This document shows positions 30,936 to 40,974 of a stretch of 64,000 nt of DNA, in pieces (the stretch's first letter is position 1; each line of letters opens with the position of its first letter). The position numbers and the translations under genes were made by a program. The notes under the pieces are model-generated. The model saw nothing but the letters and a program-made list of their open reading frames with translations. It searched no databases and had not been told where the DNA came from. Origin of the DNA: Halodesulfurarchaeum sp. GTDB lineage: Archaea > Halobacteriota > Halobacteria > Halobacteriales > Halobacteriaceae. The stretch spans positions 672,001 to 736,000 of the forward strand of contig JAXHNL010000002.1 in NCBI GenBank assembly GCA_034520565.1, in the 5' to 3' direction.

Positions 30936-31577
30936 TCAGAACTCGTCCAGGTCCGACTGGGCGGCCGCAGCGAGGACGTCAGCGCTCGTTTTCCAGGTTC
31001 GACGCGCACAGGCGGGGAGTTCGCCGTTCGTCTCGACGTACTCGCCGAGAAAGGTTCGTGTCCGTTCGTCGCCCGGATAGCCGCTCCCGATCGGCGCGTC
31101 GTACTCCTCTTCGAGTGCCACAACGTGGGCGTCGCGGGCGACCTTGGCCACGACGCTTGCGGCACTCACCAGCGGATAGCGCTCGTCGGCCCGGTGTTCG
31201 GCCCTGATTTCGAGGTCCGCGTCGGCCCGGGCGGCCACCCGGCGGCCGAATCGGTCGGCGTCGACGTCGCCCGCGTCGACGTACCCTTTCGCTCCGGCCA
31301 CGTCGACGGCTTCGAGCGCGCGGGCGTGGGCAGCGACGGTGAGTTCGTTCATGTCCGTCGCGGGATCGTCGATCTCGGACACCGGGATCTCCGCGAGGCC
31401 GATCGAGACATCCGGGTCGGCCCGGAGTTGGGCTGCCAGTTCCTCGCGGCGCTCGGGCGTGAGCGACTTCGAATCGGCGATTGCTGGTGGCAAAACGTCT
31501 TCCTCGGCGACGACGCATGCGGCAAACATCGAGCCGAGGACGGGCCCTTTCCCCGCCTCGTCGACGCCGAAGGGCAT
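30936..31577 (-). CDS. rnhB: Ribonuclease HII
   Basis: GVDEAGKGP, DSK, SAASVVAKV, GSGYP. Confidence 0.96.
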   Translation of the reverse strand: MPFGVDEAGKGPVLGSMFAACVVAEEDVLPPAIADSKSLTPERREELAAQLRADPDVSIGLAEIPVSEIDDPATDMNELTVAAHARALEAVDVAGAKGYVDAGDVDADRFGRRVAARADADLEIRAEHRADERYPLVSAASVVAKVARDAHVVALEEEYDAPIGSGYPGDERTRTFLGEYVETNGELPACARRTWKTSADVLAAAAQSDLDEF

Positions 31578-31661
31578 AGCTGCGTCATCGACGACTCGCG
31601 GGTTAGTCGTTTCGGGCCGCGATAGCGGATCGCCGGATCAAAACGTGGCCGACCGTCCAAC

Positions 31662-32948
31662 TCAGGCCGGTGGTTCGCGGAAGTACGCCTCGTCCTCGAA
31701 CGGTTCGTCCTCACCTTCGACGGCCAGCACGTCGAGAGCGGTCACGTGACAGTCGACGCCGAGTTCCCCGGCCAGACTGGGGGTGGTCCGGCCGGCGTCG
31801 GAACTCACGAGTTCCTTGACGTAGAGTCCTCCTTCCCCGTGGATCTCGACGGTGGCTTCGGTCGGCGTTTCGAGGCTTCCGGAGATGGCATAGACCGTCC
31901 GGGTCCGGACCTTCGACGCCCGGCGGTGGTCGACCCGCTGGGGGGTCTCCTGTTCGATCGTGGCGCTGTCAAGCGTTTCCAGCGCGTCCTGGAGGGCCGC
32001 CTCGCCGATCGGTTCGCCGAAGGCTACCTGGGCCCGGTAGGTCTTCGAGGCGGGGAGTTCCTTCACCCGTTCGACGCTCTCGTAGGTGGCAAGACGGAGC
32101 CCCTCGACCTCGACTTTGCCGTTCGCGAAGTCGTTGACGCGCTCTTCGAGGGCTTCCACGTCTGGGAATCGCTCGCGAGGTGCCTCGACCTCGACGACGA
32201 AGGGGCGGCCCGTGCCCAGCATTTTCGCGTCGATGTCCTCGCGGCCGGCCCCGTGAAATTTCGAGTCGACTCCGTCCATGGCCGCCTCGATCGGTGGGGC
32301 GGTCAACTGCTCGACCGACTCGGGGTACTGGTACCCCGTTCCGTCACAGTAGACACAGGGCTCGCCCGACCGGGTGCCCGACCCGTTACATTCCCGGCAG
32401 GGCCACTCGGTCTGGGGGATTCCCCGTTCGAGTTTCCGGTAGCGACCGTAGAGGAAGGCGGAGTTCACCGTCGCCTCGACGGTATCCTCGGCGACGTCGA
32501 TCAGCAACTGGACGTCCGGGCGTTCGAAGTCGACGGTGGCGCCGGTCGCCTCCCCGACTCGCTTGCCCACCTCGCGGTTCATCTCCGAGTTGAACCGCTC
32601 GCCCGCGTCTTCCGGCAATTCGGCCAGCTCCCGGAGCATGGTCTCGTTCTCCTCGATCAGCGGGGACGCCCGGGTGCCGACCTGGTAGGTCTCGAAGGTC
32701 ACGTCGCCGATCGCCTCGACCGCCCGCTCGGCCCAGTGGTCGAACGCGGCGGTCTCACCGTTACACACCCAGCACTCCTCGGGTTGTTCGAAGGGATCGT
32801 CGTCGTCCAACGCGACGGCGAGTCGGAGCCCGCGGCCCCGTTCCGCGTTCGTGAGGCCGTGGCTCAGGTCGGCAAAGGGGCGGCCAAGACAGGCATCGCA
32901 CAGCGGACCGGTGTCGAGGACCGATCGTGTGTCGGCGAGCAGCGTCAT
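31662..32948 (-). CDS. pus10: tRNA pseudouridine(54/55) synthase Pus10
   Basis: GRYRKLERGIPQT, FHGAGREDIDA, GGLYVKEL. Confidence 0.94.
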   Translation of the reverse strand: MTLLADTRSVLDTGPLCDACLGRPFADLSHGLTNAERGRGLRLAVALDDDDPFEQPEECWVCNGETAAFDHWAERAVEAIGDVTFETYQVGTRASPLIEENETMLRELAELPEDAGERFNSEMNREVGKRVGEATGATVDFERPDVQLLIDVAEDTVEATVNSAFLYGRYRKLERGIPQTEWPCRECNGSGTRSGEPCVYCDGTGYQYPESVEQLTAPPIEAAMDGVDSKFHGAGREDIDAKMLGTGRPFVVEVEAPRERFPDVEALEERVNDFANGKVEVEGLRLATYESVERVKELPASKTYRAQVAFGEPIGEAALQDALETLDSATIEQETPQRVDHRRASKVRTRTVYAISGSLETPTEATVEIHGEGGLYVKELVSSDAGRTTPSLAGELGVDCHVTALDVLAVEGEDEPFEDEAYFREPPA

Positions 32949-33107
32949 GACGGTGTCTACCGAGCGGAGGGGTTCGTATGCTTCGGTCCGGGTCTCGTCC
33001 CGCGGCCCGCAGTCATCTGCCGCCCCGGACTGCAGACGTCCCCGTTCGCCGGCCGTTCCTGTCGAAATGGATACTATTTTGTGCTCGGAGAACCGCGTTT
33101 CACTCGT

Positions 33108-34106
33108 ATGGCCCTCCACGCAGTCGACGACTTATCGGACGCGTACCGGGCGACCCGGTCGTTCCTGCTCCCGCTCGAGTGGGGACGCTGGCTCCGGTTG
33201 GCGCTGCTCTCCCTGTTCGTCGCGGGAAGCAGCGGCGGCGGTGCCCCGACGGGGAGCTTTCAAGGACCGCTGAGTTCGAGCCCCGATCCGACTCCCGGAG
33301 GGGGCACCGAACTCGCCGGTGCCATCGACCAGGTTGGTGCGATGCTGGCGAGCAATCTCTGGTTCATCGTGACCGTCATCGGATTCTTTTTCCTCCTCGG
33401 GCTGGTGCTCCAGTGGATCGCCGCGACCTTCGAGTTCACCTTCCTCGAGTCGCTTCGCACCGACGAAGTACACGTCAGGCAGTATTCGAGTGCGAACTCC
33501 GGACTCGGGACGCGCCTCTTCGCGTTCCGGATCCTGTTCGGCCTGGCAACGCTTCTGGTGTTCGGCGGACTGGCACTGTTGGCGATCGGACCGATCTTGT
33601 ACGGTGTCGCCCCGGCCGGCCCGCTCCTGCTGCTCGTGTTTCTGGTCCCGCTGTTCTTCGTTCTGGGGATCGTGGCCTCGGTCGGCTACGTCTTCACCAC
33701 GGCCTTCGTCGCCCCCATCATGCTTCTCGAGGACCGCGGGGTACTTTCGGCCTGGAAGCGTTTCTGGGGCGTGTTCAAATCGGCCTGGCAGGACTTCCTC
33801 GTGTTCGTCCTGGTCGGGCTCTTCTTGATGATCGCGATCGGGATCGTCGTGGGCATCGTCATGGCGGTGATCGGCATCGGGATCGCCCTCCCGGTCATCG
33901 TGGCGCTGCTGGCCGGCGGCCCACTCCTGGCCGCGCTCCTCGGTGTCCCGGCCGCCTTCGTCGCGCTCCTCGCCTGGGCGATGGTGCAGGTGCCAGTCCA
34001 GACGTATCTCAGACACTGGGCGCTGCTCGTGCTGGGTGACGTCGAGCCCGAACTCGACCTGATTCCGGACCGGCGGGCCGAGATCAGAGGCGAAACGACT
34101 TCCTGA
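33108..34106 (+). CDS. Multi-pass membrane protein of unknown function
   Basis: Start MALHAVDDL; several TM helices. Confidence 0.8.
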   Translation: MALHAVDDLSDAYRATRSFLLPLEWGRWLRLALLSLFVAGSSGGGAPTGSFQGPLSSSPDPTPGGGTELAGAIDQVGAMLASNLWFIVTVIGFFFLLGLVLQWIAATFEFTFLESLRTDEVHVRQYSSANSGLGTRLFAFRILFGLATLLVFGGLALLAIGPILYGVAPAGPLLLLVFLVPLFFVLGIVASVGYVFTTAFVAPIMLLEDRGVLSAWKRFWGVFKSAWQDFLVFVLVGLFLMIAIGIVVGIVMAVIGIGIALPVIVALLAGGPLLAALLGVPAAFVALLAWAMVQVPVQTYLRHWALLVLGDVEPELDLIPDRRAEIRGETTS

Positions 34107-34126
34107 GTGGGAGGCGTGGGTCGGCT

Positions 34127-34720
34127 ATGCGCCGATTCATCGTCCTCGGACACACCGCGCCGACCGACCCGGATTTCAGCCTGGACGATCTCGCGGGCGG
34201 GGCCGGGCGGTTGGACGTCCTCGCCCGGTGTGTCAACTCGGCGTTTTTCCTCTCGCATGGCATCCGCGAGCCCGTGCGGGTGTACATAGTCCTTTCGGAT
34301 GCGGTCACGATCCGCCTGGAAGGGGTCGAATTGCGCTACATGAACCCCGACGAGCGGAACATCGCCTCGCTCCTCCGGCAGGCCCTCGAGGCCCGCGCGG
34401 ACGCCATCGGGCACAGCGAGGTCGAGTCGACGCCGGGGATCTACGTCTCGAACCGGGGCTTCGAGGACGTACTCAAGGCGGCTGCCCGGGAGGGGGCGAT
34501 CATCCAGCTCCACGAGGACGGCGAGCCGATTTGGGAGGTCGAGCCGCCCGAGAACCCGGCGTTCGTGCTCTCGGACCACCAGGATTTCACCGCGGAGGAG
34601 CAGGCGCTGCTCGAGGAGTTCGCCACCCGGCGCGTGAGCGTCGGGCCCGAGGCCCTCCACGCGGATCACGTGATCTCGATCGTCCACAACTACCTCGATA
34701 CGGACGGGTATTCGATCTGA
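34127..34720 (+). CDS. trmY: tRNA (pseudouridine54-N1)-methyltransferase
   Basis: GRLDVLARC, PDERNIA, LSDH, LHADH SPOUT motifs. Confidence 0.94.
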   Translation: MRRFIVLGHTAPTDPDFSLDDLAGGAGRLDVLARCVNSAFFLSHGIREPVRVYIVLSDAVTIRLEGVELRYMNPDERNIASLLRQALEARADAIGHSEVESTPGIYVSNRGFEDVLKAAAREGAIIQLHEDGEPIWEVEPPENPAFVLSDHQDFTAEEQALLEEFATRRVSVGPEALHADHVISIVHNYLDTDGYSI

Positions 34721-34769
34721 GCCCTCGTTTCGAAACGTTAAACCCGCGCCATCACGTTCTCTCGCCTGC

Positions 34770-34842
34770 GGGCCGGTGGGGTAGCTTGGTATCCTTCGGC
34801 CTTCGGGTGGCCGTAACCGCGATTCAAATTCGCGCCGGCCCA
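34770..34842 (+). tRNA. tRNA-Pro(CGG), provirus integration site
   Basis: GGGCCGGTGGGGTAGCTTGGTATCCTTCGGCCTTCGGGTGGCCGTAACCGCGATTCAAATTCGCGCCGGCCCA cloverleaf. Confidence 0.96.
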
Positions 34843-34844
34843 CT
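34830..34844 (+). repeat. attL core (TCGCGCCGGCCCACT)
   Basis: Identical 15-mer at 54860-54874 just after the integrase. Confidence 0.8.
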
Positions 34845-34906
34845 ACCTATATACCCCTTTTCCAGCCTTCACTGACAGGTTTAGCGGGTTTTCGGGGGTG
34901 GTCGGT

Positions 34907-35016
34907 TTGAGCGTTTCCGAGGACTCTGAGCCCCTGATCTGCAACTACTGTGGGGAGTACATCGAGGAGCCGATGCAGCGGTGTCCGGCTCTCGATGAGG
35001 GGTGTGTCGGCCATGA
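34907..35016 (+). CDS. Small Cys-rich (zinc-finger-like) protein next to att; possible frameshift near 3' end
   Basis: LSVSEDSEPLICNYCGEYIEEPMQRCPALD.. Confidence 0.45.
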
Positions 35017-35232
35017 GGCTGTAGACGGACCTCCGAAATTGTAAACAGCTGAAATCAGCCTCATCCAGCCCCTCGAACTCGAAAACAGGGCCTCAAATCC
35101 GCCCTGTATACACCCTCCCGGGGTCCCGATTTTCGTCTCGATTCCGCCCCCGGGTGGCCGAAGGCACGCGCAACAGGCGGCCGAGGGCCAGCGGGCGGGT
35201 ACGCGGGCGCGAAGCGGCGGGGTGATCGCGGC

Positions 35233-35580
35233 ATGAGTCTCGCCGATGAAGCGGACGAAGCGCGTTCCGTGGCGGACCTGAAGCCGGGCGACACCGCGCC
35301 GGTTGAGAACCAGGACGGAGGGCATAACCGAGCGATCGTCGCCGTGATCCGGGACGAACCGGCTGGCGAGTGTCAGGTCACGCCGCAGAGACGGGACGCC
35401 CCGATCTCGATCAAACAGCTCTGGCGGCCCGTGTCGATCGGAGCCGATGAGCCGGTCGTCGGCGTCAGGTTTGTGAAGGGCGTCGACTGGGACGGCACGC
35501 CGCTCACGTGGACCCAGCGGATCGCGGATTACCCGGCTTCCCGGGTCATGCAGGTGAATTTCGGGGGTGCCGATCGATGA
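35233..35580 (+). CDS. Provirus hypothetical protein
   Basis: 115-aa ORF preceded by GGGGTGA RBS; first gene of an overlapping operon. Confidence 0.65.
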   Translation: MSLADEADEARSVADLKPGDTAPVENQDGGHNRAIVAVIRDEPAGECQVTPQRRDAPISIKQLWRPVSIGADEPVVGVRFVKGVDWDGTPLTWTQRIADYPASRVMQVNFGGADR

Positions 35581-35942
35581 GCACGACAGTCTCCGCCCGG
35601 ATCTCCGACCCGGATCTCGCCAATCGACTCGACGAGGAGCAGGACCGAAGCCAGGCGATCCGTGATGCGCTCCGGACCTACTACGCCGACGATATCGTCG
35701 ACGTCCCGGTCTCCGGCCGTCCCCGAGACGCCTACGACGAGCTGCTCTCGATCACGAACGGCGGGGGGCTGATCCGCAAGAAGGTCGCGGAAACGGTGCT
35801 CGCCCAGACGGTCGGCCTCGAGAAGTCGATCATCAAGCCGACGATCTTCTTCCCGCTCGAAGAAGCGGGCCTGATCCAGCCCCGCCGGACGTGGCGGGAG
35901 GTGTACCTGCTCGTTCGATCTCCCGAGGAGGTTGATCGGTGA
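35577..35942 (+). CDS. RHH/winged-helix DNA-binding protein
   Basis: MSTTVSARISDPDLANRLDEEQDRSQAIRDALRTY RHH pattern; ATGA overlap. Confidence 0.7.
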   Translation: MSTTVSARISDPDLANRLDEEQDRSQAIRDALRTYYADDIVDVPVSGRPRDAYDELLSITNGGGLIRKKVAETVLAQTVGLEKSIIKPTIFFPLEEAGLIQPRRTWREVYLLVRSPEEVDR

Positions 35943-36070
35943 TGCCCTGGACGATCTACCCCTGTTGCGGGCATCACGAATCGACGCGGAAAATCGGGGC
36001 GGCCCGGCGGCCGGTCTGTCCGGCCTGTGGCTCCCAGCAGCGGCTCGTCGAAGGTGCTACGCCGGCATGA
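35942..36070 (+). CDS. 42-aa zinc-finger microprotein
   Basis: MPWTIYPCCGHHESTRKIGAARRPVCPACGSQQRLVEGATPA*; overlaps both neighbours. Confidence 0.6.
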   Translation: MPWTIYPCCGHHESTRKIGAARRPVCPACGSQQRLVEGATPA

Positions 36071-36412
36071 TCCGGTTTACCCGGCAAGAGGCCCGATACG
36101 CTCACGGCGACCGGTACGATCGGGGGAGTCGATACAACGAGCGGCACCTTCTGGACGTCGAGATCGAGACCCGCTCGACGAACCGGTTCGTCGTTCGGTT
36201 TTCGACTCCGACGAGGGCCATGTCGTCGATCTCGAAGCGACACCGGACGGCTACGTCGGCGAGTGCACCTGTCCCGATCACGACTATCGCGAGACGGTCT
36301 GCAAACACATGTGGGCGGTCTTCGCGGCTCCCGACGTCCCCGTCATCGATGAGGGCGACGACCGGATCGGGAAACGTCCGACGCGGGCACTCACGGACGG
36401 AGGGACCGCGAC
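36067..36412 (+). CDS. SWIM zinc-finger protein (frameshifted; end approximate)
   Basis: ECTCPDHDYRETVCKH CxC...CxH SWIM motif; typical haloarchaeal TDGG C-terminus. Confidence 0.7.
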
Positions 36413-36900
36413 CGCCTCGACGTCGACGCCGGCGCCACGACCGAACGGCCAGGCACCGACTCAGGGCGAGCTCGTTGAGGAGTGGATGGCCGACCGGTAC
36501 CCGATTCGGTTGGTCGACTGCGAAATACGACGACGCCCGGCTCACGACCGACACGGGCCTCGCGAGGGAGGGCGCACCGGTCCAAATCAAAGGCTCCCAA
36601 GAGCGGGTCCGAAACGGGTACGACCGAAACGGCAATCAGGAATACACCACCGGGAGGCTCACGGCTTGGCGAAACGAGCTGCTCGAACTCCTGGCCGATG
36701 GCGGGGTCTATCTGATCGGCCTCTACCATCCCGACCGCGATCCTCGAAGCGAGGATTTCGTGACTCGCACTCGATGGATCACGCCGGAGGATTTCGGCGG
36801 CGTCCTCGAGGGCCACTGGACCGAAGGCCACCGGCCGAGCAAGGGCGAAAAGGGGCGGGTTCGCTGGACGGCGGTTCTCGGGGGCGATCCCGATGTCTAA
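36409..36900 (+). CDS. Putative PD-(D/E)XK-like nuclease (frameshifted; start approximate)
   Basis: GELVEEW...YD(D)AR...PVQIKG arrangement when two frames are joined. Confidence 0.5.
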   Translation, partial: RPPRRRRRRHDRTARHRLRASSLRSGWPTGTRFGWSTAKYDDARLTTDTGLAREGAPVQIKGSQERVRNGYDRNGNQEYTTGRLTAWRNELLELLADGGVYLIGLYHPDRDPRSEDFVTRTRWITPEDFGGVLEGHWTEGHRPSKGEKGRVRWTAVLGGDPDV

Positions 36901-37153
36901 GGCGGGACGCCGCCCGTCGACAGCCGACGATCGGCCCCGAGTACCCGCGATCGCGGCCCGGATCGGCGAGGATCCGGCCAAGTACCTGCACGAGCCGGAC
37001 GAAACGACCTTCGCGCTGATTCGGGGCATCGACGACGAGACCCGTCTCGATTGCTGGTTTGCGATCGAGGAGGACCTCGGCCCTCGACCGGAGGTTCTTG
37101 CGGTGCTGAACAAGCGACGGGAGGCCCTGAAGGACGGTGATCGCGATGAGTGA
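36893..37153 (+). CDS. Provirus hypothetical protein
   Basis: 86-aa ORF overlapping the previous gene. Confidence 0.65.
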   Translation: MSKAGRRPSTADDRPRVPAIAARIGEDPAKYLHEPDETTFALIRGIDDETRLDCWFAIEEDLGPRPEVLAVLNKRREALKDGDRDE

Positions 37154-37395
37154 CGGAGCTTATGAAGATGTTTGTTCCTCAGGCAGAAAATTTTCTGGAC
37201 GAAGCCGCGTTAAGGGAGAGCTCCCGCAGGCGGCACATTCGTTTGGTTTCGTCCGAGAAACATGGGCGTTTTTACAGGCTCTGCACTGGAAAAACTGGTA
37301 TTCCGGTGGCATCGGCACGAGACAATTCGAACAGCTATTACAAATTCATTGCGCCGTCGACGGAAAGATCGTTCCCTCGAGAAACCATATACTCT

Positions 37396-37614
37396 ATGTC
37401 CAGAAAAACAACCCGCGATCGAGTCTGGCTTCATGTGCTCGAAAAGTCCGTCAAGCAAAACGAGGTCGTCACAGCATCAACCGCAGCGCAGGCCGCCGAC
37501 TGTTCGAGGAAAACCGCTCGGGAAGTGCTCAAGGTTATGGACCGTTCCCGCTGGATTCGAGAGCGATCGACCGATACGGGTGTAGAATACCATCCCGAAT
37601 ATCGGCTGGAGTAG
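37396..37614 (+). CDS. Small winged-helix DNA-binding protein
   Basis: VTASTAAQAADCSRKTAREVLKVM HTH. Confidence 0.6.
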   Translation: MSRKTTRDRVWLHVLEKSVKQNEVVTASTAAQAADCSRKTAREVLKVMDRSRWIRERSTDTGVEYHPEYRLE

Positions 37615-37701
37615 CACCTTCCGATTCTATATTGGAATCGGAAACTCAACTACCCGAACCGGAGTGGAGTATATAAACAATGGCGGGGGTGAACAGGCCT
37701 A

Positions 37702-38298
37702 ATGACGGATTCGGAAGTTGCGTGGCTCAAGCCTGAGCAGGTTGAGGCGATGCGCGACGTCGCTCACACGGGGCGGAACGGTCACCGTGACGAAGCGCTT
37801 GTCACATTGCTTTATGACACCGGTCTTCGTCGAGCAGAGGCCGCGGCCCTCGATCGGGAAATGCTCGACCTGGATGACGGAACGCTGTTCGTCCCCGGCC
37901 CGATCCAAAAGGACTACCCCAACGACAACTCACCACCACCAGTGACGATGGAGCTCGACCAGTCGGGAGATCTACGTACAGTTCGAACGCTCCGATCCTA
38001 CCTTTCGTGGAGAAACGACGCTCGGTCACCACTATGGACGGGAAGAGCATCACCGCGTTTGTCGGGTAAGAGCATCAACAACGTGGTAAACGTCTCGCCA
38101 AGCGGGCCGACGTCCAGCCTCACCTCCAAGTAGGCCGCGGTGATCCGGAGGACATACTCAGCGCATACGCTCCGCCACTCAATTGCTTACCGCATGCTTC
38201 GCGTCGAAGAAAAGGACATCTACGCGGTGAAGAACCGGCTTAGGCACGCTTCAATCTCGACAACGGACCGAAAGTACGCTCATTTGGATATGGTATAA
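37702..38298 (+). CDS. Short tyrosine recombinase, catalytic domain only (one frameshift near 38090)
   Basis: RDEALVTLLYDTGLRRAE, then HTLRHS...RLRHASISTTDRKY in the second frame: R-K-HxxR-H-Y all present. Confidence 0.85.
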
Positions 38299-38320
38299 TG
38301 TCGTAAAAGAATACTTCATC

Positions 38321-38924
38321 TTAGAATGTTGGAATATCCATATTACGATCTTGATTTCCTAAGTGAAACTCAGTAGATTCCGTCATGTCTCTAATATTGT
38401 CTAATATTGAAAACCGCTGTATATCTTCATACGAATTCCCGGCAGCATCCTTATAACTAAATTCGACCACTAGCCTATCGCTACTGTTGTATTCCTCTAT
38501 CTTGTTTTCAATTTTCTTCTCAGTTCCCGAAACGCCAAAATCTGACCCGGAAGGAATTGGAAAATCAAGATTGTATACTTCTTCAGGAAGTACAACCTTT
38601 TTCCCCAGGTCTGATTATCGTCTTCGCTTTCTTCAAGATAAATCAACTAGCAGAGACATCTTGCGCTAATCCACCACCTATATTCACAAACGATAGACAA
38701 AAATTTGGCCCGTGGAAGTTTCTAACAGCTGCCTTTAATTTCGGTTCATAATTCAATTTTCTAGTTTTAGTCATCTCATCGGTTTGTGCGGAGATCTCGG
38801 CTGTTTGGTTTTTCGTCTGTAAATAATATTTCCAAGTTGCTATCGCCAAAACAACAGTAAAGAAGGCAAGAACGACACTTGAAGCAATTTGAATACCGGT
38901 TGCGATCTCGTTAGCAATCACCAT
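38321..38924 (-). CDS. AT-rich cargo gene with N-terminal TM helix (interrupted reading frame)
   Basis: Low GC; hydrophobic SSVVLAFFTVVLAIATWKYY; frame resumes to TAA at 38321. Confidence 0.55.
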
Positions 38925-39109
38925 ACCCAGATCACATTCCCCAATCAGGTATTATTTTTGCTGTTGCAGCATTTAATTAATTGAGAGAAATTGGTCTAAA
39001 AGTAAGTCGTAGCGAAGATACTAAACACGTTACAATCCATCAAGGACCTTGCTCTAAATCATTAATCGGACGATTATCTTACACTCAAAACCTTTTGTAA
39101 GCCGCTAAT

Positions 39110-39533
39110 CATTCACTGGAAAGTTCAACCATATATTATATAGGGGCTGCTATTCGCAAAGAAAATCCAGCCACTACAAAAGCAAAACCGAATATCGAGT
39201 CGGCAACATTCATTACATCAAAATATGATTGGCGACGTGAGGGACTTGCAAATCTCTCCAGTCCTTCGCTCAACAAAATCAAGTGAATGAACTCGCATCC
39301 TCAACGCGACGAAAGCCAATAAAGAAGCACCCAATGCCATGAATCCGAGTCCCGTAGTACCGGTGATCTGGTGATACGTATACAATCCCAAAAAGCAAAA
39401 CCATATTCCTAATGCTGCTACTGATTAGAGACTTACACATCAATTGGACTCGGCCAATATTCCGATAAAATGATATTCCTTGGTACAAATGTCCCAATAC
39501 CGTATCTGCAAGAATCAGTCTAATTCGGTTCAT
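39110..39533 (-). CDS. AT-rich cargo membrane protein (frameshifted; end approximate)
   Basis: Low GC; hydrophobic segments across frames. Confidence 0.4.
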
Positions 39534-39621
39534 GATTTATTTCAAGATTCGAGATTAAATAAAAGCGTACATTGAAAGGATCGGGGAAATCTTTTCCATA
39601 TTCCAAATCTCTCGAATATTA

Positions 39622-40022
39622 ATGTTTGAAGACACTCCCAATAGCGAGGAACCAGACACTGGGTAGAGGACCGAATTCATGAAATATATAACTATGAGGA
39701 CTTGAAGGATTGCGATATTGATTATCTGCACAATCGCGAATTTGGTTTAAAGGCTAATATGAAAATATTTGAAACGGGTTTTCCTGATGAAGACGTTGAG
39801 GATCATCTTATAGCAATCACAGATGTGGAGGATGATTTTCTGAGTCTAGAAGCGCTTACCCCTGCCGAAAAAATGAGGCTACAATTTCTCAAAATGGAGG
39901 CTGAAAAAGAGATTCACAGGGCAAAAGGTCACCGGATGAATTTGCGAAGGGAACACAGGAACAAAATGGCCAATGCGTTTGCTGACCTGGTGAAGTCAAT
40001 TGGGGATCTAATTCCTTGGTGA
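39622..40022 (+). CDS. AT-rich cargo hypothetical protein (5' part interrupted)
   Basis: 106-aa ORF 39702-40022 with an upstream ATG at 39622 in another frame. Confidence 0.5.
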
Positions 40023-40219
40023 TTTCGAGCCACCCTCACATTAAATAAAGAACTTTGCTTTCGTACAGTCTGTACGAAAACGGTCGTTTTCGGACGCCCT
40101 CAAATCACTCTCTGAGCGGTTCGAGGGGCCGCATGTCCAATCGGTTACGTTGGTCGGCTGGGCTATTCACTCGGCCCACGACGACTTACGAGAACGGCGA
40201 ATGAGAGATCGCCCTGAAC

Positions 40220-40705
40220 TCAGCAGCGCTCGCAGCTCGACCAGGAAGGGGAAGATTGCCCCGCCCCAGACCCACCCGTCGAGCGGGGTCCACACTCCCA
40301 GGCATGGCTCACGAGATCGTCGAGCGAGACGAGCAGGCCAATCAGCAGCAAACCCCGAAATCCGGGGACTGGAACCGGGAGGAACCCGATTCGCCGGATG
40401 CGAACCCAGGGGTAACGGGCCGCGAAGTCCCCTGCAAACAGAGCCAGAGCGATCGCTGCCAGCCCGACGTGAGAGAACACCGCTCCCACCACGGGGTGAT
40501 GCTCCCAGAGCAGGAAGCCCATCACGGCCACGAGAATCCCGCCCATCACGATCGAGGGCTCACGGTGCCGGTGGTCGTCCTGGACGTGCCAGACACCGTA
40601 CAGCGCGATTCCCAGGCCGATCCAGAAGTGATGGGCCGCGAGGATCGTTGCGTCCGGAGTGCGCTCAGCCGGCCAGGAAAGCGCGGCCAGGGCCAGCTTC
40701 CTCAC
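40220..40705 (-). CDS. Multi-TM provirus membrane protein
   Basis: HHFWIGLGIALYG..., 4 hydrophobic segments; GTG overlap with upstream gene. Confidence 0.6.
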   Translation of the reverse strand: MRKLALAALSWPAERTPDATILAAHHFWIGLGIALYGVWHVQDDHRHREPSIVMGGILVAVMGFLLWEHHPVVGAVFSHVGLAAIALALFAGDFAARYPWVRIRRIGFLPVPVPGFRGLLLIGLLVSLDDLVSHAWECGPRSTGGSGAGQSSPSWSSCERC

Positions 40706-40974
40706 GGACCGGTGTTGCCCCGGAGTTTGTTCACAATCGCGACCGTATCCTCGCCGATCGCGTAGGTCAGGGCCGCGAGGAAGGCCGCCAGGTAGACCAT
40801 TCCGACCGCCCCGCTCGGCCAGGTCGCCGGGACGGGCTCGAGTGTGAGGGCAGCCATGACCGCCAGCATGAACAGGATGATCGCCCCGGCGGAGAGCGTC
40901 GAAAGCCACTCCCACCGGGTCTTTGCTGTCTCCGTGAGCTGTTCGTCGTCGTTGGTGTTGGAGTTCTCACTCAT
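40702..40974 (-). CDS. Small two-TM membrane protein (holin-like topology)
   Basis: 90 aa, two TM helices, basic C-terminus. Confidence 0.6.
   Translation of the reverse strand: MSENSNTNDDEQLTETAKTRWEWLSTLSAGAIILFMLAVMAALTLEPVPATWPSGAVGMVYLAAFLAALTYAIGEDTVAIVNKLRGNTGP

Noticed and set aside
31746-33107. N-terminal part of the 786-aa + strand ORF
   Set aside because: Antisense to pus10; the real membrane-protein gene starts at 33108.
35151-35160. CGGGTGGCCG matching the tRNA-Pro anticodon arm
   Set aside because: A 10-nt GC-rich match with no flanking tRNA similarity; plausible by chance.
38300-40050. Bona fide integron cassette array
   Set aside because: No repeated attC-like sites are visible, genes are in mixed orientation, and no IntI-specific insert was recognised; kept only as a cargo-hotspot hypothesis.
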